From Eledone cirrhosa (Eukaryota), in contig OZ024763.1 of assembly GCA_964016885.1 (NCBI GenBank), positions 28,458,001-28,522,000 of the forward strand: a stretch of 64,000 bases of DNA, read 5' to 3'. Position 1 is the stretch's first letter, and the number at the start of each line of letters is the position of its first letter. The notes beneath the pieces were generated by a model. It saw only the letters and a program-made list of their open reading frames with translations. It was not told the DNA's origin and ran no database searches. The position numbers and the translations under genes were made by a program. Below are positions 41,862-55,989 of the stretch, one piece after another.

Positions 41862-42121
41862 AATTTGATCCTGCAATGTTGTGCTCAGCAATAATGGTTT
41901 TCAATTCCGTCTTCCCTCCATCCTTGGTGTGTATATAAATCTATATATGTGATTTCAACGTACAACGACAATATATACATCATTTTTGTTTGATAATAAT
42001 TTGATAAAACTAATTCTACAACCCTTGATAAACATTGAAACCACGACTATAAAATATAACAACAACCACGGCATAACAGCTTTGGTTAAATATAATTTAA
42101 TTAAATTATTGCTAGAAATTG
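34119..42121 (+). repeat. Tandem segmental unit 4 (8003 bp)
   Basis: Near-identical to unit 1; carries a retroposon insertion at ~41465-41700. Confidence 0.97.
41465..41700 (+). mobile_element. 5'-truncated RTE-derived retroposon inserted in (TATG)n
   Basis: Closely matches 55303-55534. Encodes CSVCTRVFKSLAGLKSHTRSAHR*, a C2H2-like end typical of RTE-clade ORFs. Has a (TGTA)n tail and is absent from the other units. Confidence 0.85.
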
Positions 42122-45100
42122 ATCCCTAATATTTCTTCTCACTCCTTAACCAGAGAGAAAATGTCCTCGGACTCGGACAATATTGATCAGGAGAGAGTGT
42201 ATATCCATACTTGGCAAGTCTTATCAGTTAACATGGTATATAAAAGGCAGTAAGAGGTGACTTGTTACTCCTACGAACGACATTGTCAGTTAGCCTTCTA
42301 GAGCGAGGGAAGAAGGCTGTGTGTTTTTTCTCCTCTCACATAACACATACATTTGTCATTCATTAGATATCAATATACAAGAGAAAGAAAAAATTGAGAG
42401 CTTCACTCTTTTAAAAGTAACATTTATTACATTAGAGCAAAATCTTGAATTAACGATAGTTTGTGACACTAAACATGGAAACACTGCGAACAATTTTGAG
42501 ACAAGCTAATTACTATGAGAAGGAAAGATGTATGTATCTTCAACGCCAAGACATTTCTAAAGAAAACTGAAATGAGAAATTGATTGAAATGGAATAATTA
42601 TTGAGACACCTTATAATATTTTTCGGGATATGTCTTACCTTATTTTGAAGAAATGTTTCGGGAAAGAGTTAATAAGCAGCTATATATATATATACATGAC
42701 TTGTATATATATCTACTTTAATTATTATATTTGTACAACGAAGGTATAAAAAGGAAACCTGTTTTGGTATCGAATGTTGAGCAAAAACGAGCTTCTTATA
42801 CCCCTCACAGAAGAATTGTGAATATGTATGAATATGAATTGAAAGATGACTAACCATGTTGAAGCAAAACAGCGAGGCGGATAATAGAAATAATAAAACA
42901 TTCTTTTTCCTAGCTAAATGCTGAAAAATCTAAAACTCTAGATGAATATGTGTGATACCACTGAGAATATTGTTTTGGGCCATGGTCAACTGACATCCGA
43001 AAAAAACGGTTAGGCTCTTGAAGCAACCCAGAGAAGAAGAAAACAGAAGACACTAGAATTATTTAGGGATCTGTCTTGTGAAGGAAGATGAGAAACTTTT
43101 GTAAATTTAGAGGAGATAAATCTTAGGGGAGACAAGACAAAAATATAAAGACTATTTAAATATTAGTACACTATTCCATATAAATACCAAGACTTGAAAA
43201 TATCAACATTAATTCACTATACCAAGGACAAACACATAGAATTACAACTTTGGAGGAGATTAATCAAACGAGTGACATGATAGAAATATTTAAAACAATG
43301 AAAGGACTTCAACATTCAGAATTGGGGAAGAAAATGTAAATAGAAGAGATGACCATTGTACTATGTATAACATAACAATGTTCCTTACATTTATCCCAGG
43401 TATATAGAGGGATATTCCGATGTCCACTGTTTGTAAAATAATGCAATAAGGAAACGACATCATCCTGTAAACCTTAGTAATACTCCAATAACGCCTCAGC
43501 CGCCATTTACAGTAGAAAATAGTAAGAAAATTAAGTCACACTCAGTAGTTAATGCAGTGAAAACAAACAATAAAAATATTATTACTAAATAATTATAATT
43601 TCTTACTTTCAATGTTTTTCTTAATTAAACACGTAATTTATTTTAAATTTGTCGTATTATATATATATAGTGTTTGTGTGTTTTTGTTTGGCAAATGTCA
43701 AGTGATTGACGGGGTGAAGCCGATCGATTAATTTGAACCCATAAAATGACTGGTACTCTATTTTTCTTCTCTAAAGTTATAAAATTGTAAATTAATATCG
43801 ACAGGATTTTCACCTAGAACACAAAGGTGGTCTAATATCATTTAAAAAATTGGAAATTGAGTTATAAATATAAATGTGTGTTCAGGGCTTAGATGTTCAG
43901 TGTGTAATGGGGTTATTGGTATTAAGTAACATAAAATGTCGTTAGGAGTTCAATATTTTACTGGGGATATAGAATTTCTTTAAATTATTTCTTGTACCAG
44001 TAGCGAACTGGGATCGAAACCATTATTTTGTTCGGACGAAAGAAATATATAAGCTTAGCGCAATCTAGTTGGAGTTACGGGACATTACTGCAAAGCACAT
44101 AACTTTAGGTTCCAATCTCACATTGGTAAATATATAAAAGTGACATTTAACAATTTATTTGTAAGTCGCACACAGGATTTAGGTATGGCAGATTTGAAAT
44201 TAGTGAACATTATTGCAGACGAAGTAATTGTAGGTTCAAATCAATACTAGGGCGTTAAGAAATAAAATGAATATTTACTTCATGAAAGACCCTGAATTAT
44301 GAAAGACAAAGTCGACCCTTTCTAATAACAGCAGCACTAAGAAAGGCATGAACGCCACCACTTCAATTAATCTTCCAAAATCAAAAGTATGTTTATAAAT
44401 ATTAATTTTTAATATTATTTTGAAGCTGTCTTTGTAGCCTAGTGGGAGGTATGAGAGACGGTGGAGATCCTGGTCTGGGTTTCGATCTTGGCCAGGATCT
44501 ATATAAAATAAGGGGGTTTTACTAATTTTTTTCAGTTTTTTTCAATGCAAACGTAAAAAAATCTATGGTAAAATGAAAAAATTTTTTTATCTACTTTTTT
44601 ACATTTTTAAAAAGCTGAAAAAAATTAGTAAAACCCCCTTATTTTATATAGATCCTGGCTAAGGTCGAACCCCAAACCTCGATCTTCACCGTCTCTAACA
44701 CCTACCAATAGGCCAACGAGACGGATATAAAAATAAACTGAAAATTAATATATATAAACCTACTTTCTATTTTCGAAGCTTAATTGACGTGGTGGCGTTC
44801 ATGGCTTTCTCAGTCTTTTTAATACCACAAACAAGTCGCCATGGTTTTTACTTTTCTGGAGTTTTCAGAAAATATATCATGACTTTTATTCTTATCACTA
44901 GGTTTATTTCATCCAACGACCAGCTGATGTCCAGTGATGTCCTTCAGCTGTCACACCTTAGTGAGTAGATGGTGGCCTGGAAATATTGTTTCTAAACAGG
45001 CAGCTCTTTAAACTTGTGTTGTGTGTGCAATAATGGTATCAGCAACCGATGATGGGATAGGATTCAAGAACTCAACGTCAAGTGTATCGTTCCAAACGCG

Positions 45101-47255
45101 ATACGGTAATATGTTCTTTTTATCAGCTTCGTCTTTTATTTATAAACGTTTAAGTAGGTACGTGTGTAGATACGTGAACGAATGTGTACCTGTGTAAGCT
45201 TGTGTGTACATAACTATTTATAATAATGTTGTCCCCCCTCACTTTATTATTACAACTCCTACTATTAATAATTGTAACACTATTATTATTATTATTTTCA
45301 CACGTCTCTTATCCTCAACACTTGCTATAGTTTTCCTCTTACATGTGAGATACACGGTTTATTTACTAATCAACATTTACTCGAAGATGTAGTGATGTGT
45401 GACGGGACATCAAGCGTAATCCTTAGTGTTAACGTGAGGACACCGTACACCTGTGCACCCGTATATATATGTTTATCCCGGGTTCAATCGGCGGTAACCA
45501 CAGTAAGTAAGGTACTCATTACATAGCAGATTATAAATACTTAATAAATAATATTTAATATAGAAATGGCTTCTACATGACTAGAACTGTTTCATTCGGA
45601 AAAATCATCAGGAAAGCCCTTGATTTCTTCCGAATGAAACCGTTCTAGTCCTGCAGGAGCCACACACACACACACATGTATATATATGTATGTATGTATA
45701 TAAATATATATTTGTGTGTGTATTCATAAGCCCAAGTGTCTATGATGATAAGGTCCCCCTATCTTTGTATATTTATATGTCGATGTCTATTTCCACATGG
45801 CATCTCTGGTCCTCGATGTTGTCACCGCCTGCTTTACGTAGCATCTTAACTCTCTCATATTTATTCAGAGAGGTTCTCCCTTCATATCGCAAATATTCCT
45901 TTCTGACTCACTGAAAACTTGTCTTCCATCATTGAGTAAAAGTGATCTACATAAAGGATCTGTCTGATGTTGTTATGTATGTATGTAGGGACCTATAGCT
46001 TGCGAGGGAGTCTTGGTGACCCCACGTTGATATTCGGGGTGTCTTGGGTATTTTGTAAAAGCTGACTGATCCCATCTCTACCCTAGATCTGATCACAGGA
46101 GATATTTACCAGAGAAGGAGAGAATATAGGAGAAAGGAAGTAAGAAAGAGATATAGAAGAAGAATCGACCACAGTACTACACTGGTACTTCGTTTTATCT
46201 ACCTCGAATGGTGCTATAGTGGAACATTAACTTTGATGTACCTATATAAGTCATACCTTTTGTATAAATTAATAAATATATATATATATATTAAAATATA
46301 TATATAATAAAACAAGGACGAATGGGTACACCTTCATTACGTATATTGGTTCGTGGCGCGCATTTCGCTATTCATCAGCTTAAGGTTCGTTCTGTATCGA
46401 TCTAGCCCGACCCTGTAATCAATAACTTGTATATATATATGTGTATGTATATATGAAATCGCCCACGGGACACCCTGGGGTAATCTAAATATACAGAATG
46501 TGGGGTTAGCTGTTTTTAAATGATTACCCCTCCTCATATTCCCTTGTTTATATACTGTATTGTAATACATGGCAACCTTAATACTTAACATTTATATTTT
46601 CATCTCGATATTATTAACACAGTATTCCAGAAGTAAAATAGAGATCTAATGAGAGGAGATGAGTATTATAACTTTTATAAGAAATAAAGATCTAAAGACG
46701 AGTGAAAACTTTCATCAACACCAACGAAAATATATGTCTACAGAATCCAGATCAGTAAAATAAAGTTAGAGCAAATAAATGAGAGGTCACTTAACTTTAC
46801 ATATTTAGTTTTATTTATATCGTGAAAAATGTTGATCTTCAGATATTAAATTGTGGATGTGACTGTCTTTGTCTTTACGTGTTTGTTGGAAATCCTTTTT
46901 TAATGTTTGTTTTTCTTGAAACATTGTCTTTTTTTAAAAATTAATTTTAGATTATTCGTACCTTATCTCTGTGGTCTCTTTTGATGGAGTCTACCTGTCC
47001 TGTTTATTGGTTTTATTTTAAAAGTAATCCATTGGAACATCAGATATTAAATGAAATGTTAGGTAAAAGACACACCTTATGTTTATTCCAGGTATTTAGA
47101 GAGATGTCCACTGACAACAAAATAATACAATAAGGAAATGCCATCATCCAGTAAAACTTGGTAATAATCCAGTCTCGTCACAGTCGACATTTATGGTAAG
47201 AACAAACAAAAACAAGAGAACTATTCAGCAGTTAATGAAGTGAATACATAAAATA
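42122..47255 (+). repeat. Partial unit 5, more diverged toward its 3' end
   Basis: Matches the unit up to the module-B exon. The 3' part shares alleles with copy 0. Confidence 0.93.
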
Positions 47256-47599
47256 AAAATATAATTACTATATAATAATAATTTCTTAATTCAATTAATT
47301 TGTTCATCTTTTTTATTGTGTACGTACAATTTAATTAAAATTTGCCGCATACAATACTTTCCATATATATTTTTTCAATGTGGTCTACACTTGGTGGTAG
47401 GGTTTGTACCGTAGATAGAACTGAATGTAATCTGAAGAAGATGGTCTGATCGCACGGTATGAAATCTGATAGTATACAGTTATATAATTGCTATAGATCA
47501 GACATGTCAATATGATCAACTCTGCGAAACTATCGTAAAACAATGAATAGGTAAAATAAATTGACTTTGTTGTTATTATTTTCATTGTTAAATTAATAC

Positions 47600-47650
<51 letters not shown>

Positions 47651-47779
47651 TGTGTGAAGACAAGACAATCGTCTAAGTTGATCCCAGTACATTACTGGTA
47701 CTATATTCTATTTGCTCCACCAATATAAAATTGTAAATTATTATCGACAAGATGAACACTAAAAAACACAAAGGTGGAG

Positions 47780-47968
47780 GTGTTATCGGGCAGATTCAGC
47801 ATGAAACTGAATGTGACAAGGCTGGCCCTTCGAATTACAAGGACAACTCATTTTTCCAGCTGAGTGCACTGGAGCAACGTGAAATAAAGTGTCTTGCTCA
47901 AGAACACAACGCGGCGCCAGGAATCGAGCTCAGGACGTTGTGATAGAGAGCCGAATATCCTAACCGCA
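47780..47968 (-). mobile_element. CORE-domain-like tRNA SINE
   Basis: The minus strand shows a tRNA-like head and then TTGAGCAAGACACTTTATTTCACGTTGCTCCAG. A related copy is at 56367-56482 (+). Confidence 0.75.
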
Positions 47969-48137
47969 ACTTCACGTGCATGGCTTAGTAGTTAGAGCAT
48001 TGTGCTTGCAATTGGGAGGTTGTGAGTTCAATTCGGATGAAAATTAGATGAAGTGGCGTTCATGGCTTTTCGGGACAACCCTGCATTCATCCCCCACCGG
48101 GGGGATTCATAAATTGGCTGATTTCTTAGAACGGCGT

Positions 48138-48880
48138 TAGATCTGCACAGACGAAAGATGGAATATTTTAAAGACATTAGCCTCTAATAAGAATTGCCTA
48201 AATACACGCCCTGATCATTTAAAAGAAAATGGTGTAGACCACATAGAAACTACATATTGATTACCAGATTAAACATTCACTTGATATAAAGTTTATAAAA
48301 GCCTTCCCCTCCTTTAAATTTCATATTAACTGATAATTATATTTACATTAAGTTACCTCCCGTAACTAATTACATTTATCTCTTATGTTACCTCCCCTCT
48401 ATATTTACCCGTGATATACCAGATGAAAATAATTAAGTTGTTACGCCTCCTTCTTGCTACTATTTTTTAATTTTTAATTTTAATATTATTATTAATTTGC
48501 CAGTATCGGTAGAGGGTCGGACGCCATGCTTTCCAGCATAGTTACGTCCCTTTACGATCTGAGTTCAAATCCCGCCGAGGTTGACTTTGCCTTTCATCCT
48601 TACGTGGTCGATAAAATAAAGTACCAGTAATGCACTGGGTAATTTGCTGGCCTTGTGCCTAAAGTAGAAACAATTATTAATTATAACTTTTGAAGTTACC
48701 TCCCTCTTTTAATGTTAACTATCTACTTAATTAACTTACTATATAACTAACGTAACCTCCTATCTCTAAACTTGTTTCCCCGTTAATTACTGGAACTGTT
48801 TTGTTCTCAAACGGGAGCAGCCATTTTCTTCACACTTGAAGGACGATGAGATGCCTTGGTTTAGTCACTGGAACGCGCGT
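48138..48880. mobile_element. Unclassified interspersed repeat with AAGTTACCTCCC subrepeats (possibly Helentron-associated), interrupted by a SINE at 48498-48675
   Basis: A second copy lies at 60378-60737 plus 63310-63510. The classification is tentative. Confidence 0.6.
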
Positions 48881-48891
48881 CTTATTATATA

Positions 48892-49499
48892 CTAGCAGTA
48901 AAGCCCGGCGTTGCTCGGGGTCGCTCAGTAGCTGTGTTAAAGTTACAATGTTAAGTTTCTTTTTTGGCTTAAAGTCTGTCTGCACGACTGTCTGTCTGCA
49001 CGCCTAACGAAATTTACAGATACATATATATTAAACGTAAGACGCTCAATGTAAACAGAACAAAGGGAAATAACTCGTCACTTACGCTCAAAAATCGATA
49101 CATTAGATTCGATTTCGTCACATAGGGTGGGTCAATTTGAAATATTTTTTTCCGATGTCTTCGCTAGGGCTCAATGTACAAGTATAGCAATTTCAGTGCA
49201 ATTCCGTCAGAGATTCTAAGAGGAGATGTGTGCCAAAAATCGATAGACAGACAGACAACCACAGCTTTATATATATAGAACAAAGGGAAATAACTCGTCA
49301 CTTACGCTCAAAAGTCGATACATTAGATTCGATTTCGTCACATAGGGTGGGTCAATTTGAAATATTTTTTTCCGATGTCTTCGCTAGGGCTCAATGTACA
49401 AGTATAGCAATTTCGGTGCAATTCCGTCAGAGATTCTAAGAGGAGATGTGTGCCAAAAATCGATAGACAGACAGACAACCACAGCTTTATATATATAGA
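48892..49499 (-). mobile_element. Non-autonomous Helitron
   Basis: The minus strand begins TC and ends in the hairpin CCCGAGCAACGCCGGG followed by CTAG. It sits between A and T with no TSD and has a 220-bp tandem duplication of its 5' end. Confidence 0.88.
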
Positions 49500-49524
49500 T
49501 GACTTTTTTGTAGTGTAAATTAAG

Positions 49525-49602
<78 letters not shown>

Positions 49603-49663
49603 AAGTGTTTCCGTAGGAAAGAGAAAGGAAAAGAGAGTGCTCTATGTAGGCTACAGAACTTTT

Positions 49664-49888
49664 TAGTTATGTAATAAACAACATAAGATAATTATTTCAT
49701 TTACCAAAGGTTTCACGAAGACAGACGAGCTTGGCACGGACGTCTGCCTTCAATTATCAGAATGAATTTTATTTCATAAATAAAATTCATTCTGATAATT
49801 GAAGGCAGACGTCTGAGCCAAGCTCGTCTGTCTTCGTGAAACCTTTGGTAAATGAAATAATTATCTTATGTTGTTTATTTCATAACTA
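49664..49888. mobile_element. 225-bp near-perfect palindrome, Penelope-like remnant next to (TA)n, with a hammerhead-like fold on both arms
   Basis: ttcatt CTGATAA [stem II GAAGGCAGACG/CGTCTGTCTTC] GAAA cctttgg TA aatgaa at 49786-49856. Confidence 0.75.
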
Positions 49889-50926
49889 TATATATATATA
49901 TATATATATATGCAGAAAGTTCAGTAAAACCGAAGAAAACAGGTGAGAGAACCAAAGGCAGAGCAGAGTGTATATAATAAGAAGAAAGTTGAGATGTATT
50001 ACTTAATCCTGGTTACAAACGTTTCTCAAGCAGCTGGCTCATGCTCTGGAATGGCACCCCCAGACCAGACTCCAAGACTGCCTGATCCTCAGACCAGTGT
50101 TAACACAACAAAAACCGCATCAAAAACAAGCATATAGAATATATATATATATGCTTGTTTGTGTTTTTGCTGGCTCGTCCACAGATGTGATGTGACGTCA
50201 CTGGTGCAATGGAGTATCGATCAATGCCTTTCCTTTGGACAACATCGGTGGCATAGAGAAACGAAATGATAATTTACTTTATAAAAGATTCTGAACGATG
50301 AAAGACCACATCGAGCCTTTCTATTAACAATATCTCTCAGCAAGCCATGAATACCACCACATCAAGTTCGTGTCCCAAATATAAAATACGTTTATATATG
50401 ATAACTTTGAGTGCATATTTCTAGGTATGTAGGTGACCTACTGCTAGGTATTAGAGACGGTGGAGATCTTAGTCTGGGGTTCTTTCTGTTATGATACACA
50501 CTATGAGATCTTAAGTCGGACACCATGATTTGCAGCATAGAGTTACGGCCCTTTATGGTCTGAGTTCAAATCCCGCCGAGATTAACTTTGTCTTTCATCT
50601 TTATGGGGTCGATAAAATAAAGTACCAGTAATACACTGGAATAATTGCTGGCATTGTGCCAAAAGTAGAAAATTATATTGGCTGGTCAAGTATGAAATTT
50701 GTAGATATTCGTTTTTTTTTTTTTTTTTCTAGAAATTTCTACAAATTTCATACGTGACGAACCAAATATAGTTTTATTCAAAATGTCAGTGTGTATCTGG
50801 CTTGCTGTTGCTAATGAAAAAATTGAACAATGGTTTCGTCATTCGAGTCTGTTTGCCTTTTCGTTTGGTTATGTTAACAATTATTGAGATTGTAAAGCTC
50901 GGTCATACCCCTTCGTGTTTGATGAG

Positions 50927-50962
<36 letters not shown>

Positions 50963-51355
50963 TACTTAAGATATACTTTTCATTTTATAAGAGAAAACAC
51001 TAAAAAAATTAAAACTATTAGTAAGACAGATTTAATGAAGTTACTGGCCGAAATTGAAACCCAAATCATGATACTCACCACTAGGCCATCGATTAGCTAT
51101 ACAAAGACATTCAAAATTAATATATATAAACCTATTTTCTATTCGGAAGCAAAATTAATGCGGTCCCTCTCATAGCTTTCTCAAGTCGCATAAATCCTAA
51201 AAAAAAAGGGGCAGAAATTGGTTTTTATTTTTCTAGGGCTTTGATGAAAAATATTACGACTTTGTTACTCATTTCTCTAGGGTTGATTTGATCCTACAAT
51301 CAGAAGATCTACAGAGATGTTTCTTGTATATAAACACTGTATATGCTTTCCTGTA

Positions 51356-51393
<38 letters not shown>

Positions 51394-52021
51394 TCCTACT
51401 TTGGTAGAAAGCTGCTGTATTCAAACTTGGAGAGAAGAACGACTCCGCCAAATTTTAAATGAAATGTCTTAGAAACACCGTATTTCAATACGGCACCCTT
51501 AGAACTTCCACAAAATTTACAAGACCATGGATGTATATGTAATACCGTATTACATGGTCCCGCCTACAGACCGAGGCCGTGCTGGAGCACCACTATTATA
51601 TAGGGCGGTAGAGGGTCGGACACCGTGCTTTGCAGCAAGGAGATACGGCCCTTTATGGTCTGAGTTCAAATCCCGCCGAGATTAACTTTGTCTTTCATCT
51701 TTATGGGGTCGATAAAATAAAGTACCAGTAATACACTGGAATAATTGCTGGCATTGTGCCAAAAGTAGAAAATTATATTGGGTGGTCAAGTATGAAATTT
51801 GTAGAAATTCGTTTGGTTTTTTTTCTAGAAATTTCTACAAATTTCATACGTGACGAACCAAATATAGTTTTATTCAAAATATCAGTGTGTATCTGGCTTG
51901 CTGTTGCTAATGAAAAAATTGAACAATGGTTTCGTCATTCGAGTCTGTTTGCATTTTCGTTTGGTTATGTTAACAATTGTTGAGATTGTAAAGCTCGGTC
52001 ATACCCCTTCGTGTTTGATGA

Positions 52022-52052
<31 letters not shown>

Positions 52053-52056
<4 letters not shown>

Positions 52057-52462
52057 GTAGGAGGTGAGTTTTATTGTAGTACAATAAAGCAATGCAGATA
52101 TCGGATAAGAAGCACTCTACAGTTTGTAGGACTGGAGTATACATAATATAAGATCAAAAGATGGTTAAAGGAGTTCCATGTATTTTATTATGCGCATTTC
52201 AAAAACAAACATCATCATGCAATAATATTTGTGTTTTCATCAGATAAAACAGGAGAACATGATATGAAGGCTAAAAAACATTTGTGGATAGTGCAGTTTT
52301 ATATGTTGATTTAAAACTGCACTATCCACAAATGTTTTTTAGCCTTCATATCATGTTCTCCTGTTTTATCTGATGAAAACACAAATATTATTGCATGATG
52401 ATGTTTGTTTTTGAAATGCGCATAATAAAATACATGGAACTCCTTTAACCATCTTTTGATCT

Positions 52463-52470
<8 letters not shown>
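52053..52470. mobile_element. Young Penelope-like insertion in (TA)n containing a ~325-bp palindrome
   Basis: Arms ~52144-52301 and ~52312-52469 are reverse complements. The paralogous (TA)n tracts at ~50930 and ~53545 are empty. Confidence 0.82.
52362..52432 (+). ncRNA. Type I hammerhead ribozyme motif (mirror copy at 52181-52251 on -)
   Basis: tgttttat CTGATGA [stem II] GAAA tgcgca TA ataaaata: intact core, paired stem I and palindromic stem III. Confidence 0.8.
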
Positions 52471-52504
<34 letters not shown>

Positions 52505-53639
52505 TTAAGATATACTTTTCATTTTATAAGAGAAAACACTAAAAAAATTAAAACTATTAGTAAGACAGATTTCATGAAGTTACTGACCGAAATTGAAACC
52601 CAAATCATGATACTCACCACTAGGCCATCGATTAGCTATACAAAGACATTCAAAATTAATATATATAAACCTATTTTCTATTCGGAAGCAAAATTAATGC
52701 GGCCCCTCTCATAGCTTTCTCAAGTCGCATAAATCCTAAAAAAAAGGGGGCAGAAATTGGTTTTTATTTTTCTGGGGCTTTGATGAAATATATTACGACT
52801 TTGTTACTCATTTCTCTAGGGTTGATTTGATCCTACAATCAGAAGATCTACAGAGATGTTTCTTGTATATAAACACTGTATATGCTTTCCTGTATAAGTC
52901 TCTCTCTCTCTCTCTTTGTCCTACTTTGGTAGAAAGCTGCTGTATTCAAACTTGGAGAGAAGAACGACTCCGCCAAATTTTAAATGAAATGTCTTAGAAA
53001 CACCGTATTTCAATACGGCACCCTTAGAACTTCCACAAAATTTACAAGACCATGGATGTATATCTAATACCGTATTACATGGTCCCGCCTACAGACCGAG
53101 GCTGTGCTGGAGCACCACTATTATATAGGGCGGTAGAGGGTCGGACACCATGCTTTGCAGCAAGGAGATACGGCCCTTTATGGTCTGAGTTCAAATCCCG
53201 CCGAGATTAACTTTGTCTATCATCTTTATGGGGTCGATAACATAAAGTACCAGTAATACACTGGAATAATTGCTGGCATTGTGCCAAAAGTAGAAAATTA
53301 TATTGGGTGGTCAAGTATGAAATTTGTAGAAATTCGTTTTTTTTTCTATAAATTTCTACAAATTTCATACGTGACGAACCAAATATAGTTTTATTCAAAA
53401 TGTCAGGGTGTATCTGGCTTGCTGTTGCTAATGAAAAAATTGAACAATGGTTTCGTCATTCGAGTCTGTTTGCCTTTCGTTTGGTTATGTTAACAATTGT
53501 TGAGATTGTAAAGCTCGGTCATACCACTTCGTGTTTGATGAGTATATATATATATATATATATACTTAAAATCAAACATATATACATGCATACGCACATA
53601 TACACGCACAAGCAATTCTTCATTCATCCATCCACACAC

Positions 53640-54614
<975 letters not shown>

Positions 54615-54747
54615 AAAACACTGGAAACTTAATTGATCGTGGCGGTCATGTTTTGGATATTAAAAACTGAACAAATATCGAAGCAAAATAATCTGTTCTG
54701 GTCAAAACTGGACTACACTGGATTGCTCCGTGGATTTATTATAATAA

Positions 54748-54878
54748 TTGTTTCTACTTTAGGCACAAGGCCAGCAATTACCCCAGCACATTACTGGTAC
54801 TTTATTTTATCGAGCCCGTAATGATGACAGACAAAGTTAACCTCGGCGGTATTTGAACTCAGAACGTTGACACGGATG
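54748..54878 (-). mobile_element. Octopod tRNA-derived SINE (3' part)
   Basis: Reverse complement of the SINE consensus (TTTCTACTTTAGGCACAAGGCC...CTCGGCGG.ATTTGAACTCAGA). Confidence 0.85.
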
Positions 54879-54919
54879 AGTGTGTATGTATGTATGTATG
54901 TATGCTGATATATGTATAT

Positions 54920-55534
54920 GTAGTTGTCAGGTCACCAGTTGGTGCTACTGGTAACATGTATCCCAGTACAACCTGTCTCATGGTCGGGTCATTGGCGACT
55001 AAACTGGCAACCCCACCAAGGTTTCTTGGTGAGGAGGGTGACTTTGGACATCCTGCAGGACTAAAAACAAAACCTGTCAAAGGGCAAAGGAGCTCTTAAG
55101 AGTCAATGGCCATCCAAAATCACCGGGAGAGATGACCCCTTAGCCTTTGTCAAGGCAGAATTCTAGGAGAAGGAAAACTCTGATATAACACCTGCAACCC
55201 TGATGGTATCCAATGATGTTGACTCGTTCTTCTTTTTGGTAAATATCATCTTGGTTAAGAGAGTGGGACTGGCTTTGTGCAGTGCCTTTGCTCACTATAA
55301 CATCTTCACGGCACAGGCATTGCTTTATATCTGGAGATCTCTCTACACTTGTCGTCATATGGTAACATGGGCCCAGCACTATGTGTCAATAATTGTCACA
55401 AGTGTAATGTTTGTACCAGAGTTTTCAAGTCGCTGGCTGGACTTAAAAGTCACACTCGTTCAGCGCATCGGTAGGGGTTCTCCTACATGGATATAAAGTA
55501 GTGGCCGTACTCGAAAACGAGTTGGCAGCCACCA
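54920..55534 (+). mobile_element. Non-autonomous RTE-derived retroposon in (TATG)n
   Basis: The 3' end is shared with 41465-41700 (C2H2-like CNVCTRVFKSLAGLKSHTRSAHR*). It has a structured 5' region and no RT coding capacity. Confidence 0.78.
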
Positions 55535-55989
55535 TATGTATATGTATGTATATGTGTATATATGTACTTATATATGTACATATATGTGTTTATATGTACC
55601 ATAAAGGGACTTAACCCTTTGGTGCAAAGCATGGCGTCCGACCCTCTACTCATACTGCCAATCCACTTGGTTTCTTATGTAAGTACAAGGCCAGAGCCTT
55701 GTACTCTCAGCCGTTTCTGAAACCAGCATAAGCACCGGTCAAATGAGCTTTCTGGCTTAAGTCTTTAATGTTCAAATGGACCAAAACCGGTCAGAATTAT
55801 CTACGTCTTTCTGTTGAAACTAGCTGTAATCGATCACTCAAACTGATGTTAAGGTATTGTTCTCAAAATAAATACTTTCAAAATCTCATAGATTCAATAT
55901 TATGTGAGATAATTATGTGAAGTAAAGCCTTTACCATGAAAACATAATAGGATATATACAGTAATGTAAATGCTAAAGGGTTACAGACT

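Larger units (their letters stand above)
50515..53565 (+). repeat. SINE-bounded ~1.1 kb tandem duplication (about 2.4 copies)
   Basis: SINEs at 50515, 51603 and 53128 are each followed by the same short inverted repeat (GTATGAAATTTGTAG/CTACAAATTTCATAC) and a (TA)n tract. 50963-51600 is repeated at 52502-53126. Confidence 0.92.
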
